Assembly (NCBI GenBank): GCA_045657585.1
Contig: JAZOTJ010000078.1
Location: forward strand, 1 to 48,438
DNA length: 48,438 bases
Direction: 5' to 3'
Source: Clostridia bacterium
GTDB lineage: Bacteria > Bacillota > Clostridia > UBA1381
Part shown: positions 19,701 through 33,000 of the stretch, piece by piece
Layout of the letters: every line of letters starts with the position of its first letter
Position numbering within the stretch: the stretch's first letter is position 1
The notes under the pieces: generated by a model
What the model saw: the letters and a program-made list of their open reading frames with translations, nothing else
What the model was told of the DNA's origin: nothing
The model's database searches: none
Made by a program: the position numbers and the translations under genes

Positions 19701-20410
19701 AAAATAACAATTTTATGTTTGATGAAACAGATTTCATAGATAACACAGAAGAAATATTAAGTATAAACATTTCACAAATGGAATATCCATTCATAAAACA
19801 GACAAGTCTTCCTACTAAAATATCTGTCACACAAATTAACAGTATTGATAAGAAGTCAATAAATGAATTAGTCAAAATGCCTTCATTTTTAAATACAAAT
19901 ACAGGAATAAGCAGTGCAGGAAGGGGAACAGCAATTCATTATGTGATGCAACAATATTCTCCGCGCGAAAACATATCTGTCGCCGAAATACAAAGTTTCA
20001 TTGATGAACTTATAAATAATGAGGAGTTGACTGTTGAGGAAGCTAATTCAATTAATCCGCAAATTATTTATGATTTTTACAAAAGTGATATTGGGAAAAG
20101 GCTTCTAAAGAGTGATAAAGTATTTAAAGAGGCATCGTTTGAAATTGAAATTTCATTAAATGAAATTTCTTCAATTCAATCCACTGAAAAAATTATACTA
20201 CAAGGTATAATAGATTGCTATTTCTATGAGGGTGATGATATTGTTTTGGTTGATTATAAGACAGATTATTACACAGATATAAATGAAATAAAAGAAAAAT
20301 ATCGTCAACAATTACAATTATATTCCTTTGCAATAGAAAAAATTACAGCAAAAAAGGTAAAAAATAAATTTATCTATTTATTTTCTGCAAAAAGTATGAT
20401 ACAATATTAA
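16742..20410 (+). CDS. addA: ATP-dependent helicase/nuclease subunit A (AddA/RexA type)
   Basis: UvrD-like motifs AAAGSGKT, TFTNAAA, IDEYQDTN and FRS. The C-terminal PD-(D/E)xK nuclease motif is GIIDCYF...VLVDYKTD. Length is 1222 aa. Confidence 0.9.
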   Translation: MKNWTDGQRDAIYSKWCDENKSISSNILVNAAAGSGKTAVLVERIVNKLCCDINSPDYSDVKNLLVVTFTNAAAKEMKQRISDALNDKLSEAINDNDFLFVERLKNQIKNINSADITTIDAFCLKVVKNNFHLLNIDPDFKIADSAECEMIKDEIIEDLFEDEYQDSKFVDIALKLSDSRDISTLGNIVRSLYDYTRSLPRPDEWLMEKKDLLLSNDENNIFFTTLKKDIIQKINSARKHLIIALRYMIRESITVSDRLTEKKIFEIISKYPPEEENEIYYRFGTYYTAIYNEYIFCRNLKSLKWDEMYDIFRTFSFIRLNSAPKFKDKELLIKDKDKLEPLKYRRDTAKELISDAKSYICGTVSEICDISVNELYPMISKLVDLCFKFGERYSKSKQDRNIMEFSDIEHLCLKVINENEDVQDMMKEKYSEILIDEYQDTNALQEEIFLKISTGNNFFMVGDMKQSIYRFRRSDPEIFKSKSDTYRKEKNSANRKIVLSKNFRSRKSVLESINSVFNGIMSEEVGEIEYDEDQRLNCGDTSYSDENSHYNAGYKSECMIILSSDDEDEEITSTQLEARAIANKINELKDNNFKIRDKRKINETDDSGNIIEKEVFYYRPIQNKDIAILMSSHKNIASIYQEELASFGIECYAQSSGYFEKNEITMALSLLKMINNPYNDLALIAVMRSPIFSFTDDELCEIRLCKKDCFYNSLKYAKEYLQGELRDKCINLCNQIDKWRQYKKIMPCDKLIWTLYEETGLYSFCESVYGEDAASNLRLLFIRAKKYEDSGYKGLFNFIRYINKLQKREEDLSSAVSLGENNDVVRLMTIHKSKGLEFPVVFLAGTAKKFQTIDSKGKILFHKDLGIGAEYINIEEGYHRNTLQKNAISLKITQESVSEEVRKLYVGMTRAKEKLFVSAVCKRKNTQEFEKEQPVELENWKKMCDRSGVMITATAASVQRFIDWVAPVAMVDDENWCFDTIPYSEVKNNNFMFDETDFIDNTEEILSINISQMEYPFIKQTSLPTKISVTQINSIDKKSINELVKMPSFLNTNTGISSAGRGTAIHYVMQQYSPRENISVAEIQSFIDELINNEELTVEEANSINPQIIYDFYKSDIGKRLLKSDKVFKEASFEIEISLNEISSIQSTEKIILQGIIDCYFYEGDDIVLVDYKTDYYTDINEIKEKYRQQLQLYSFAIEKITAKKVKNKFIYLFSAKSMIQY

Positions 20411-20438
20411 ATGAATAAAGAAAAAGAGGTAATATGTT

Positions 20439-20864
20439 ATGAGTAACACAAAAGAAAGAAAATATCATTCATCAAAACATTCAAGCCATCACCACCATAG
20501 AAATCATCATTATAGTGGTTCAAAAAATTACCAGAAAAGAAATTATGATCCTTCTTCAGAGATGGAGAGAAGAGGGGAGAATATAATATATGACAAAGTA
20601 AGAAAAGAACGAATAGCTCAGATGATCAAAAGAAGTATATTTGTTATCTTGTCGATTGCATTTATTTTGGTTGTGGTATATTTTATGACAAGTCAGGGAG
20701 ATACAATTTTTGATAATGGGGTATTTAATAAAAATACTGCAGAAGCAGAAATCAATGAATTGAAAAATAAATTGATAGATTATGAATACCACATTGAATA
20801 TCTTGAAAATAGATTATCAAGATATGAAAATGTAGACAGTATATTTGATAAAGAGCAGGAATAA
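20439..20864 (+). CDS. Bitopic membrane protein with a His-rich cytoplasmic N-terminus and an extracytoplasmic coiled coil. It could be FtsL/DivIC-like.
   Basis: HSSKHSSHHHHRNHHY, a TM helix (SIFVILSIAFILVVVYFM), then a heptad-like stretch AEINELKNKLIDYEYHIEYLENRL. The RBS GAGG is upstream and a strong terminator is downstream. Confidence 0.5.
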   Translation: MSNTKERKYHSSKHSSHHHHRNHHYSGSKNYQKRNYDPSSEMERRGENIIYDKVRKERIAQMIKRSIFVILSIAFILVVVYFMTSQGDTIFDNGVFNKNTAEAEINELKNKLIDYEYHIEYLENRLSRYENVDSIFDKEQE

Positions 20865-20882
20865 AAATCCTGCTCTTTTTTA
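20852..20882 (+). terminator. Rho-independent terminator
   Basis: agagcagga (20852-20860), loop, tcctgctct (20868-20876), followed by a T6 run. The stem overlaps the stop codon. Confidence 0.75.
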
Positions 20883-20907
20883 ATAGGGTATATAATATAA
20901 AACATTT

Positions 20908-20941
20908 CCAAGTTTTATAAACCACCCTTTATAAAACTTGG
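20908..20941 (-). terminator. Perfect 14-bp AT-rich hairpin downstream of the 114-aa gene
   Basis: ccaagttttataaa (20908-20921), loop ccaccc, tttataaaacttgg (20928-20941). On the minus strand only a weak U-tract follows. Confidence 0.4.
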
Positions 20942-20963
20942 AAGTATATTTTATGTCGATTTA

Positions 20964-21308
20964 CTATACATCTATATCATCATTATATATTTCGACACGT
21001 TCTTTAAATATATTAATAACCGTTTTTATTAATTCTCTGTTTTTAAAATTTAAAATATTATATATTTCTATTTTCTTTGGAGCCAATGTTACAACTAAAT
21101 CCAACAATGAATCATCATATTCTATTAAACTGAATAATACATTTTTATTCTTATCAAAAATTAAATATTTATTATCAATAACTGCTATAGAAATTTTATC
21201 AACTAAAGCTTCCTGCATATTAATATATAATGTGATAAAATCAATTAAATCCGAATATTCTTTATTTTCATATTTTTTATTTAATAGTTTCATTTCGTAG
21301 CCTGACAT
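20964..21308 (-). CDS. Small acidic cytoplasmic protein of unknown function
   Basis: A strong RBS AAAGGAG lies 7 nt before the ATG, and the gene starts 27 nt downstream of the preceding gene. Composition is very AT-rich. There is no TM helix or signal peptide. Confidence 0.55.
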   Translation of the reverse strand: MSGYEMKLLNKKYENKEYSDLIDFITLYINMQEALVDKISIAVIDNKYLIFDKNKNVLFSLIEYDDSLLDLVVTLAPKKIEIYNILNFKNRELIKTVINIFKERVEIYNDDIDV

Positions 21309-21335
21309 TATAATTCTCCTTTCAGTATTATAACA

Positions 21336-22077
21336 TCAAAGCTGTTTTATAGGCAAAATACTCCCAATATCCTCAGGCATCATAGAATTTAATTTTATTA
21401 TTGTCATCCCATTATTCTGACAAAAATTTAACAAACTTTCGCTTTTATCTAATTTTGAAACATCTCCATTAAATAAAATCACATTTTTGTCAATTAATCC
21501 GCTAATTCCACCTATAAATCCGTAATCAAGTCCCTTTAAACAAATCTTATTACTATTATAAACAAAAGCATTTATGCCATTTTCCCTGGCTTTTTCTGCA
21601 ATTTTAATATCTGATGTTATAATTGTCTTTTCATTAATTATGCAAACAGAGCATTTTGTATATCCCTGTTTTACATCTATTAATCTAACACCTTTTGTTT
21701 TATAATATTCAAGTATTTGATAATCAGTGAATTTCAAATTATGGAAAAGAAAATTACCTATTCTGCATGCATTTAAGGCTATATCGTATGGATACTCAGA
21801 GATCAATGCTGATGTTGAAGGAAAAATAACAGCATCAGGAAGCATATTTTTGTAATAGGATAACAATGTTTTCTCGCACACAAAAAGATTATAGCCCAAA
21901 TGATGTATCTGCATATCAGGATGTCCATCGACCGCCTCATAAAGACTATTTAGTTTTGCAGTTTTTATAACATTAATACCTAAATCTTTAATAGTTTTTT
22001 CCGATTCCTCGCTTAATCTGTAATCAACAATAACATCTGTAACTTTATTAGTTGGAATATTAGGAAATAAAATATAT

Positions 22078-22085
<8 letters not shown>
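21336..22085 (-). CDS. Conserved-looking hypothetical protein, 249 aa, unassigned
   Basis: The ATG overlaps the end of the M20 gene by 8 nt (ATGAGTAA). The motifs GHPDMQIHH, GYTKCSV and GFIGGISG are not recognised as belonging to any characterised family. Confidence 0.6.
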
Positions 22086-25914
<3,829 letters not shown>

Positions 25915-25968
25915 AGTTACCACCCCATATTTATAATATGAAGGTGAATTTTTTATGTGAAATATGAG

Positions 25969-25994
25969 AAAGAACGCCGAAAACGGCGTTCTTT
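25969..25994 (-). terminator. Hairpin terminator after aspS
   Basis: aaagaacgccg, loop aaaa, cggcgttcttt. This is a GC-rich stem, and on the minus strand cuuucucauauuu follows. Confidence 0.6.
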
Positions 25995-26014
25995 ATAACA
26001 TATTAATCACCGTA

Positions 26015-27790
26015 TTATTCGTTTTCCTTATTGACAATAGCAATTGAAAGTTCATCAAGCTGCTTTTCATCAATTGTTCCTGGTGCTTGTGACATGAGCT
26101 CTGATGCATTTTGCACCTTTGGAAAAGCGGTAACATCTCTTAAACTGTCACAACCTGTCATAAGCATAGCAAGTCTGTCAAGGCCTATGCCCATTCCGCC
26201 GTGAGGAGCAGCAGCATATTTATATGCTTCAACAAGAAAACCGAATTTAGCTTCGATTTCTTCAGCAGTTAACCCGAGTGATTCAAACATTTTTTGTTGC
26301 AATTCATAATCATTAATTCTGATTGAACCACTTGATAATTCTATGCCATTTAAAACAAGGTCATATGCCTTTGCGATAACCTTCTCAGGGTCACTGTCAA
26401 GATACTGTATACACTCATCTTTTGGCATAGTGAATGGATGGTGCATTGCAACCCATGAATTTGATTCATCATCAAATTCAAAGAATGGGAAATCAGTAAT
26501 CCACAAGAAATTCCATCCTTCAGGAATAATATCAAGACGTTTAGCAGTTTGTAGACGAAGAGCTCCCAATACAGGAAGTGTTATCTTATCCTTATCTGCA
26601 ACTATTAAAACAACATCGCCTTTTTTAGCACCAACTTTGTCTAACAATGATGCCAATTCTTCATCAGTAAAGAATTTTTTAAAGCTTGCATTCGGTTCAT
26701 CATCAACCCAACGAACATATGCAAGACCTTTTGCACCTATTCCCTTTGAAAATTCAACAAGCTTATCAATTTCTTTTCTTGTATAAACTTCAGCAGCATC
26801 AGGAAGAACAATCGCTCTGACAGAGCCACCATTATCAAGAGCTGATTTGAATACGACAAATTCACTATCCTTAACTAATTCAGAAATATTTTGAATTTCC
26901 ATTCCAAAACGTGTATCAGGCTTGTCTGAACCATATCTTTCCATAGCTTCTTTATAAGTTAGTCTTGGTAATGGAGCGATTATGTCAGTGTTTAAAACAG
27001 TTTTAAAAAGATATTTTATAAATCCTTCAATCATCTCCAAAACATCTTCAACATCTACAAAAGACATTTCCAAATCAATTTGAGTGAATTCAGGTTGTCT
27101 GTCAGCTCTTAAATCCTCATCTCTGAAGCATCTTGCAAGTTGAATATATCTGTCAAATCCCGCAATCATCAATAATTGCTTATAAATCTGAGGAGATTGT
27201 GGCAAAGCATAGAATTTTCCATGGTGTACTCTTGATGGAACAACATAATCTCTTGCTCCCTCAGGTGTTGATTTCATCATCATTGGTGTTTCTATTTCAA
27301 TAAATCCATTATCATAAAAATAATCTCTTGCAGCTTTTGCAATTTTAGAACGCATTATAATATTATTCTGCAATACATTTCTTCTCAAATCAAGATAACG
27401 ATATTTTAGTCTCAATTCTTCATTAACATTTGTATCGTTTACAATTTCAAACGGTGGTGTCTGAGCTTTTGCCAAAATTCTCAAATCATCAACAAAAATC
27501 TCTATATTTCCTGTTTTAATGTCCTTATTTATGCTTTCTCTTTCTCTTACAACACCTTTTGCCATAATGGCAAATTCACTTCTACAAGATTTTGCCTTTT
27601 CAAAAACTTCTCTGTCACTGTTATCATCAAAAGCAAGTTGAACAATACCTGTTCTGTCCCTTAAATCTATAAAAATCAGGTTTCCGATATCTCTGATTTT
27701 TTGCACATATCCGCCAACCACAACTGTTGAACCAATTCCCTGTGTTTCTCCGCAGTAGTTTGTGCGCTTTAATCCCTTCATTGTATCCAT
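26015..27790 (-). CDS. aspS: Aspartate--tRNA ligase
   Basis: The class IIb motifs FRDEDLRADRQPEFTQID and GGMGIGLDRL are present. AAGGAG lies 8 nt before the ATG. Confidence 0.97.
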   Translation of the reverse strand: MDTMKGLKRTNYCGETQGIGSTVVVGGYVQKIRDIGNLIFIDLRDRTGIVQLAFDDNSDREVFEKAKSCRSEFAIMAKGVVRERESINKDIKTGNIEIFVDDLRILAKAQTPPFEIVNDTNVNEELRLKYRYLDLRRNVLQNNIIMRSKIAKAARDYFYDNGFIEIETPMMMKSTPEGARDYVVPSRVHHGKFYALPQSPQIYKQLLMIAGFDRYIQLARCFRDEDLRADRQPEFTQIDLEMSFVDVEDVLEMIEGFIKYLFKTVLNTDIIAPLPRLTYKEAMERYGSDKPDTRFGMEIQNISELVKDSEFVVFKSALDNGGSVRAIVLPDAAEVYTRKEIDKLVEFSKGIGAKGLAYVRWVDDEPNASFKKFFTDEELASLLDKVGAKKGDVVLIVADKDKITLPVLGALRLQTAKRLDIIPEGWNFLWITDFPFFEFDDESNSWVAMHHPFTMPKDECIQYLDSDPEKVIAKAYDLVLNGIELSSGSIRINDYELQQKMFESLGLTAEEIEAKFGFLVEAYKYAAAPHGGMGIGLDRLAMLMTGCDSLRDVTAFPKVQNASELMSQAPGTIDEKQLDELSIAIVNKENE

Positions 27791-27802
27791 AATTTTATCT
27801 CC

Positions 27803-29044
27803 TTATTTTAAAAATTCATATAGATTGGAAAGTTCAACTTTTGTTTGCTCTCCGTTTTCCATATTCTTTATATCTGCATATCCGCTATTAATTTCATTAT
27901 CGCCAAGAACTAAAGTGTATTGTGCTTCAATTTTATCAGCATATTTCATACTTGCTCTTAAGCCTCTGGACATATGGTCAGTTTCAACGCTTATACCTTT
28001 TTGTCTTAAGTCAAAAACAATCCCCTGTGTCTTTAATGCAGCTTCATCTCCAAGTGAAATAATAAATAATTTTAAAGCATCAGGTTTTGGAATATTAACT
28101 CCATTATCAGATAGTCTCAACAACAATCTTTCAATACCTAATCCAAACCCAACAGCTGGCATAGTTTTTCCACCAAGTTCTTCTACAAGACCATCGTATC
28201 TTCCACCGCCACAAACTGTAAATTCTCCACTTATAATTTCAAAAACATTTTTAGTATAATAATCAAGACCTCTTACTATTCCTGAGTCAATTGAATAAGA
28301 AATATTCATTGCATCAAGACAACTCTTGAACTGTTCAAAATGATTTCTGCAATCATCACATATATAGTCTAACAATGATGGTGCATCTTTAATCAAATCC
28401 TGACAAATTTCAGATTTGCAATCTAAAATTCTTAATGGATTTCTTTCAAATCTGCTTTTGCAAGTATCACATAAATCATCATATTTAGGTTTCAAAAAAT
28501 CTTGCAATGCCTTACTGTAAGTACTTCTGCATTCAGGGCAACCGATTGAATTAATATTAACTGATAAATCATTTAACCCTACTGATGTTAAAAAAGTTAT
28601 TGCCAGGGAAATAACTTCAGCATCCATTGTTGCACTTTGGGCTCCGAAAGCTTCAATTCCAAACTGATGAAATTCTCTTAATCTGCCCTTTTGTTTGTTT
28701 TCATATCTAAAACATGGCACATTATAAAATGCCTTGAACGGAAGAGTTTCGGCATACAAATTATGTTGCAAAAAAGCTCTTGCAACTGATGCTGTGCCCT
28801 CAGGACGAAGAGTTACACTTCTGTTTCCTTTATCTAAGAATGTATACATCTGCTTTTGAACAACATCTGTAGTGTCCCCTACTCCTCTTTCAAACAATTC
28901 TGTATGCTCGAATGTCGGAACTCGAATTTCTTTATATCCATAACAATCACAAACTTTTTTAAATTTGTCTTCAAGATATTGCCATTTATAGCTTTCCTGT
29001 GGCAATAAATCTTCAGTACCCTTTGGTGCTTGTGTAATTAACAT
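27803..29044 (-). CDS. hisS: Histidine--tRNA ligase
   Basis: The motifs APKGTEDLLP, LRPEGTA, FRYE.PQKGR-like and GGGRYDGL are present. The start is moved to ATG 29044. Confidence 0.95.
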   Translation of the reverse strand: MLITQAPKGTEDLLPQESYKWQYLEDKFKKVCDCYGYKEIRVPTFEHTELFERGVGDTTDVVQKQMYTFLDKGNRSVTLRPEGTASVARAFLQHNLYAETLPFKAFYNVPCFRYENKQKGRLREFHQFGIEAFGAQSATMDAEVISLAITFLTSVGLNDLSVNINSIGCPECRSTYSKALQDFLKPKYDDLCDTCKSRFERNPLRILDCKSEICQDLIKDAPSLLDYICDDCRNHFEQFKSCLDAMNISYSIDSGIVRGLDYYTKNVFEIISGEFTVCGGGRYDGLVEELGGKTMPAVGFGLGIERLLLRLSDNGVNIPKPDALKLFIISLGDEAALKTQGIVFDLRQKGISVETDHMSRGLRASMKYADKIEAQYTLVLGDNEINSGYADIKNMENGEQTKVELSNLYEFLK

Positions 29045-29075
29045 CTGTAATTTCAACCCTTTCAACGTTTATATT

Positions 29076-29984
29076 TCAATCAAATAATGCTTTAGCAAAT
29101 GCCTGAGAATCAAATTCGTCAAAATCATCTATACCTTCGCCAAGTCCGACAAATTTTACAGGAATATTCTGTTCTTTTGATATCGGAACAACAATTCCAC
29201 CTTTAGCAGTACCATCAAGTTTTGTAAGTATAATGCCTGAAATTTGTGCAGCTTCCGAAAACAGCTTTGCCTGATTTAGCGCATTTTGCCCTGTTGCAGC
29301 ATCTAAAACAAGTAATATTTCTTTTGATGCATCAGGCAATTCTCTGTCAATAACTCTTGAAATTTTATTTAATTCTGCCATAAGATTAACTTTATTGTGA
29401 AGTCTTCCTGCAGTGTCGCAAATCAGAATATCTGTCCCTCTTGCTTTTGCTGCATTACATGCATCAAATACAACTGCAGCGGGATCACTGTTTTCTGCCT
29501 GCTTAATAATTTCACAACCACATCTTTTCGCCCAGATATCCAGCTGGTCAATTGCTGCAGCTCTGAATGTATCAGCAGCAACCAACAAAACATTATTTCC
29601 CTTAGTTTTATAATAGTTTGCAAGTTTTCCGATTGATGTTGTCTTTCCTACCCCATTAACACCAATAACCAATACTACTGCAGGTTTTTTATCAATATCC
29701 ATTTTACAGTCTTGTTTGGTCAAAATTTCACTGATAATATTTTTAAGTTCTTCTTTGACATCTTCAGCATCTGTCAGACGTTTTGTTTTTACTCTGTCTC
29801 TTAACTCTTTAATGATGTATTCAGTTGTTTCAACACCCATATCAGACAAAATAAGCGCATCTTCAAGTTCTTCAAAAAAATCTTCATCAACTTTTACAAA
29901 AACTTTAAAAACGTTATTAACCTGGTCCGATATCGATTCCCTTGTTTTTGTCAGACTGCTTTTGAGTTTATCAAAAAATCCCAT
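29076..29984 (-). CDS. ftsY: Signal recognition particle receptor
   Basis: SRP GTPase motifs GVNGVGKTT, DTAGR and TKLDG. Confidence 0.95.
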   Translation of the reverse strand: MGFFDKLKSSLTKTRESISDQVNNVFKVFVKVDEDFFEELEDALILSDMGVETTEYIIKELRDRVKTKRLTDAEDVKEELKNIISEILTKQDCKMDIDKKPAVVLVIGVNGVGKTTSIGKLANYYKTKGNNVLLVAADTFRAAAIDQLDIWAKRCGCEIIKQAENSDPAAVVFDACNAAKARGTDILICDTAGRLHNKVNLMAELNKISRVIDRELPDASKEILLVLDAATGQNALNQAKLFSEAAQISGIILTKLDGTAKGGIVVPISKEQNIPVKFVGLGEGIDDFDEFDSQAFAKALFD

Positions 29985-30001
29985 TTAACATTTCCTTTCT
30001 G

Positions 30002-33000
30002 CTATTTTAACATTTCATCATCAACATCATCAATATGTAGTGATAATAACTTTGAAACGCCCTTTTCCTGCATTGTTACACCATACATAATATTAGAAGA
30101 TTCCATTGTTCCTCGTCTGTGTGTGATAACAATAAACTGAGTGGCATTCATATAATTTTTTAAATAAGTTGCAAATCTTGATACGTTTACATCATCAAGA
30201 GCGGCGTCAATCTCGTCAAGGAAGCAGAATGGAGTTGGTTTAACCTCCAATATTGCAAATAATAATGCAATAGCTATAAATGATTTTTCACCACCTGAGT
30301 ACAGATTGATATTTTGCAATCCTTTACCTGGCAGTTGAACTTCTATTTCAATTCCACTTTCCATAATATCGTCAGGATTTGATAAATACAATCTACCCTT
30401 TCCACCGCCAAACAATTCATTGAATACTCTTGAAAAAGCTTTATTAATCTCAGCAAACTGCTTTTCAAAGTGTTCTTCCATTAATTCCTGCATTGATGAA
30501 ATAACTTTATTAAGATTATCCTTTGATTTTTCTAAATCAGCCTTTTGTTCTGTCAGAAAATCATATCTTTCTTTTGACTCGGTGTACTCGTCAATTGATT
30601 CAAGGTTTACACTTCCCAAAGCTTTTATTTTACTTTTGAGTTCTGATACTCTTTGCTTAGTTTCTTCATAATTTTCAACAGGCATACAAATTTGTTCTGC
30701 ATCAGATTGTGTAAGTTCATAATCATCCCAGAGTCTATTGACAATTGCTTCAGAATCACTCTCATATTTAGCCTGTTTTGCCTCAGCTCGTGACAATTCT
30801 TGCTGGAGATTAATTAGCTTATCAGTTAAATCTTTGTTATCATTTGTTATGTCCTTTAATCCATCAACAATGTTTTGCTTTTCTTTTTCAATTGCATCAA
30901 TTTCAGACTTGATTTTTTCAGAAACAGATTTTATTTCTTCAATTTCAAGCTTTTTAGACTCAATTTTTGCAAATAATTCTTCATTTGCTTTGATTAAATC
31001 CTGTTTATCTTCAGCTTTTTTTAATACTTGTTTTTTGTTGTCTTCAATAGATAACAAAAGATTTTCATTGGCTTCTTTTTTATTTTCAATATCTTGCTCC
31101 AAAGCTCTCAATCTCATAGTTTCATCCATTAATTGCTGTGATTTTAAATCTTTTTGAGCAGATATTTTGTCATATTCCTCTTCTTTTTGAGAAATTTGTT
31201 CATTTAATTCATTAATTGCTCTTTCTGCACTTCTTAGAGAATTAATCTGAATTGCATATTCATCAGTTGATGCAGAAAGTTCAGTTTCAATTCGTTCCAA
31301 TTCATCAGCAAGGGATTTTTGCGAGTTACCACTTGTTGATAAGGAATTATTGAGATGCTCAAGGTTGTTTTTTGCAACCAATATTTCGTTTTCATATTCA
31401 CGCAATAATGGAGTATATGTTTCAAGCTGAATTTTACAATTGCTTATATCCAAATCAAGCTTTTCTTTTTTTGTCGATAAATCTTTTAGTTTATTGGTAA
31501 GTTCTGATATCTCTGAACCTAATTCCTTTATCTTGACTGCTCTGGACAAAAATCCGCTTGATTTATTAACACTACCTCCAGAAATTGATCCACCGGAATT
31601 TAAAAATTCACCTTCAAGAGTGACAATTTTAAACTTATATTTGAATTTCTTGGCTATTGTCACTGCATTATCCATTGTGTCAATTACAACAATTCTTCCC
31701 AATAAACTTTTCATTATCGGAGAATATTTCTTGTCACACTTTATCAAGTCTGAAGCTATTCCAAGATATCCATTACAATCAGATATTTCGTCAATATTTT
31801 CCATATCCCTATATGACACAGATGAAAGAGGTAAAAAAGTAGCTCTTCCCCCTTTGGTGTTTTTAAGATAATTAATGGCAAGCTTTGCATCATCTTCGCT
31901 CTCTACAACGATATTCTGCATTGCTCCGCCAAGTGAAATTTCAATTGCAGTTACATATTTTTTATCAACATTAATTAATCCCGAAACAGTACCGTATATT
32001 ACTGCTTTTTTTAATTCAGGTGCAGTCATAACCGCTTTGACACTTTTTGAAAATCCTTCATATTCATTTTCCATACTCTCCAGCATTCTTTTTTGTGAAG
32101 ATTTTGAATTTAATAATACTTGGTTTTCAGATATGTCTTTTGAAACAATATTGAGTTCATCGTTATATGAATTTATTTTTTCAGTCTGAGCATCTACTCT
32201 TTTTCGCATCGTTTCTGCTTTTTGAGTTTTTTCGGATATTAAATTGGTTGTTTCTTCAATTTCCTTTTTGGTATTTTCAACACCTAAACCAAAGTTCTTG
32301 ATTTCATTTTCAAGAACTTCCCTGCGTTCCAATATTGCACTTCTGCGATTTTCAATTCCGCTAATTTTTGCTTTTTCAGTTGAAAGAGTCTCCATTTTAA
32401 CAATAAGCTCTTCCTTCATTTCGTCAATGAGCTTTCTGCATGAGGTAATACGCTCATATATTTCAACGTTTGATTGCTGAATTTCCTCAAAACTTTCCAT
32501 TAATGCTTTTTTCTCGGTTTCACAAGCATGAATAGCTGATAAAATTTCATCAATTCTTGTTTTCAGAACTAATGTTTTATCTTCTATTTCTTTTATTTCA
32601 CTATCAATCCTCAAGGCAAGAACTTCATTGTTTTTAATATCATTTTCAATAATTGATATTTCATTTGAAGATGACATTAATAATGCTTCATTCTCAATTA
32701 ATTCATTATTCTTCTGTGATTGTTCTTCATCCTTCTTACTGCTTTTTAAATAGAGCTCATTTCTTTGGAATTCAATTTCAGATTCTTTGGATTTCAGCTC
32801 TTGCATTTCTTCAGAGACATTTTTACATAGTTCTGTTGCTTTTTGGAAAAGTTCTGTATTTCTTTTCAGATTAACTAAACACATACTAACATCAAGCCCT
32901 TTATATTCTTCATAAAGGACTAAATACTTTTTAGCTTTTTTTGATTGGTTTTCCAATGGTCCGAGTTGACGCTCAAGTTCTGAAGTGATATCATCAATTC

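Noticed and set aside
20938-21300. 120-aa plus-strand ORF overlapping the 114-aa minus-strand gene.
   Set aside because: It has no RBS, and its start lies inside the hairpin stem. The product is low-complexity (I/F/S/L/N). The minus-strand ORF has a strong SD and operon context.
25924-25968. Sigma-E-type sporulation promoter for yunB.
   Set aside because: CATATT-like and CATATTAT-like elements are present, but the spacer is about 20 nt rather than about 14 nt. A sigma-A-like TTCACA-17-TATTAT can also be read. This is too ambiguous to call.
29045-29075. Search for a T-box leader or promoter upstream of hisS.
   Set aside because: The gap is only 31 nt and contains nothing beyond a weak SD. 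No specifier-loop or T-box sequence is possible in that space.
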